Assembly (NCBI GenBank): GCA_015680685.1
Contig: MNCI01003159.1
Span: forward strand, 321,823-385,822
Reading direction: 5' to 3'
Origin: Gnetum montanum
Taxonomy: Eukaryota; Plantae; Gnetophyta
DNA: 64,000 bases
Position numbers and translations under genes: made by a program. Under the pieces are notes generated by a model. The model was not told where the DNA came from, made no database searches, and saw nothing but the letters and a program-made list of their open reading frames with translations. This document shows positions 63,001-64,000 of this stretch, one piece after another (positions within the stretch are counted from its first letter, which is position 1; each line of letters starts with the position of its first letter).

Positions 63001-63475
63001 TGTTTTGGAAGATGTTTAAATTTTTTCTAATTATGTATAGAAAGATGATGAGCGGTGGGTAGTTCCTATGCCCAACTATACAAATCACAAGCATTCTCAT
63101 GCAATCTGGTTGAATTTCATGGACTTATTTACCTAACTGGTTGATATTCCTAAATGGTGAATTATATAGTTGTAAGTCATTGTATTCTCAATCCACACTT
63201 ATGTTTATCTGTGGTATGGTTAAGTATGGTTGAGGCATAAGATATTTATTTTTATTATTTTTCTCCTATTTGATAACTGATTAAATAAATGAAGCTTTAA
63301 TGTGTAAATTAACTACTTCATTAACTAACTATCCTAACATGGAGTATCTATTTTCACTCGTCGTACACATCTTGAATCTATATTAACACTGCTAGGTTAC
63401 CATGCCTATACAACTGGGTGCATCAAGTATCCATTACTAGGATTACCAAGCATTAATATGCTACGCTTAAAATGG

Positions 63476-64000
63476 TGATAAGTGGCGAGGTACCCCTACA
63501 CTCAACCATACGAATACGAGCGTGTACGCGCGATCCGGTCGAACTCCGCATACTAAATGCCTTAACGCCACAAGGAACGCTTGGGGTTAATCGGTCGTTG
63601 TCTTCCCAGGCTTGCTTGTATGTGTCACAGTGTATGGTTAAGCAAGTCTGAGGTATATGATTTTTTTTGGTATTTTTGGGTTTATCTCCTAAGCTATGAG
63701 GGAAAGGGTTGAGAAACTAACTAACTCTAACTAATGTCCTAAGTCTAAATTAACTAGCGTCAGCATCCGTTCCCACTTATCGGACACACCCTGAACTATG
63801 CAACTGTGGCTACCAAACGCTAATCGTTACTGGGATCACCACACATAACGCAAGTGCTCGAAGTGGTCGTACTGAGGCACCTATTTAGCCTAAGTGTGAT
63901 AAGCAGCCGATTCCTTGGCTAGCCGTACACACTCGTGGGTGCTCGTAACCAAGTCGTACTTATCACACGTTCTAGCCTAGCGATGAGTAGCCGATTCCTT
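63476..64000 (-). repeat. LTR of the same Athila-like family (runs off the window), next to an older LTR remnant (~63300-63470)
   Basis: TGATAAGTGGCGAGGTACCCCTACACTCAACCATACGAATACGAGC..GATCCGGTCGAACTC matches 2779 onward. No PBS is adjacent, so this is a 3' or solo LTR. Confidence 0.8.

Overview
Repeat-rich nuclear DNA from a land plant (GT-AG introns, plant LTR/LINE/SINE/hAT elements, a few N gap bases). A non-seed lineage is likely but is only an inference from the eRF3 N-terminus. Three intact protein-coding genes were reconstructed by hand. (1) eRF3/GSPT1 on + (16 coding exons, 10804-17740, ~685 aa). (2) A LAZY1/IGT-family gravitropism gene on - (21440-20380). (3) Phosphoglucan water dikinase PWD/GWD3 on - (19 exons, 61032-29845, ~1198 aa), with two ~9.6-kb TE-filled introns. 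The rest is Athila-like and Ty3/gypsy LTR elements, L1-type LINEs, tRNA-derived SINEs and hAT MITEs. The most interesting signal is the eRF3 3' end: a leaky TGA-C stop, a 15-codon in-frame extension to TAA-TAA and a predicted 3'UTR intron 60 nt after the stop. This is the readthrough/NMD autoregulation layout known for eRF1 genes. Also notable are tandem PAM2 motifs and a P/Q/Y/H-rich tract in this plant eRF3, and two diverged LINEs inserted at one site that share a conserved, unexplained protein domain fused after the RT zinc finger.
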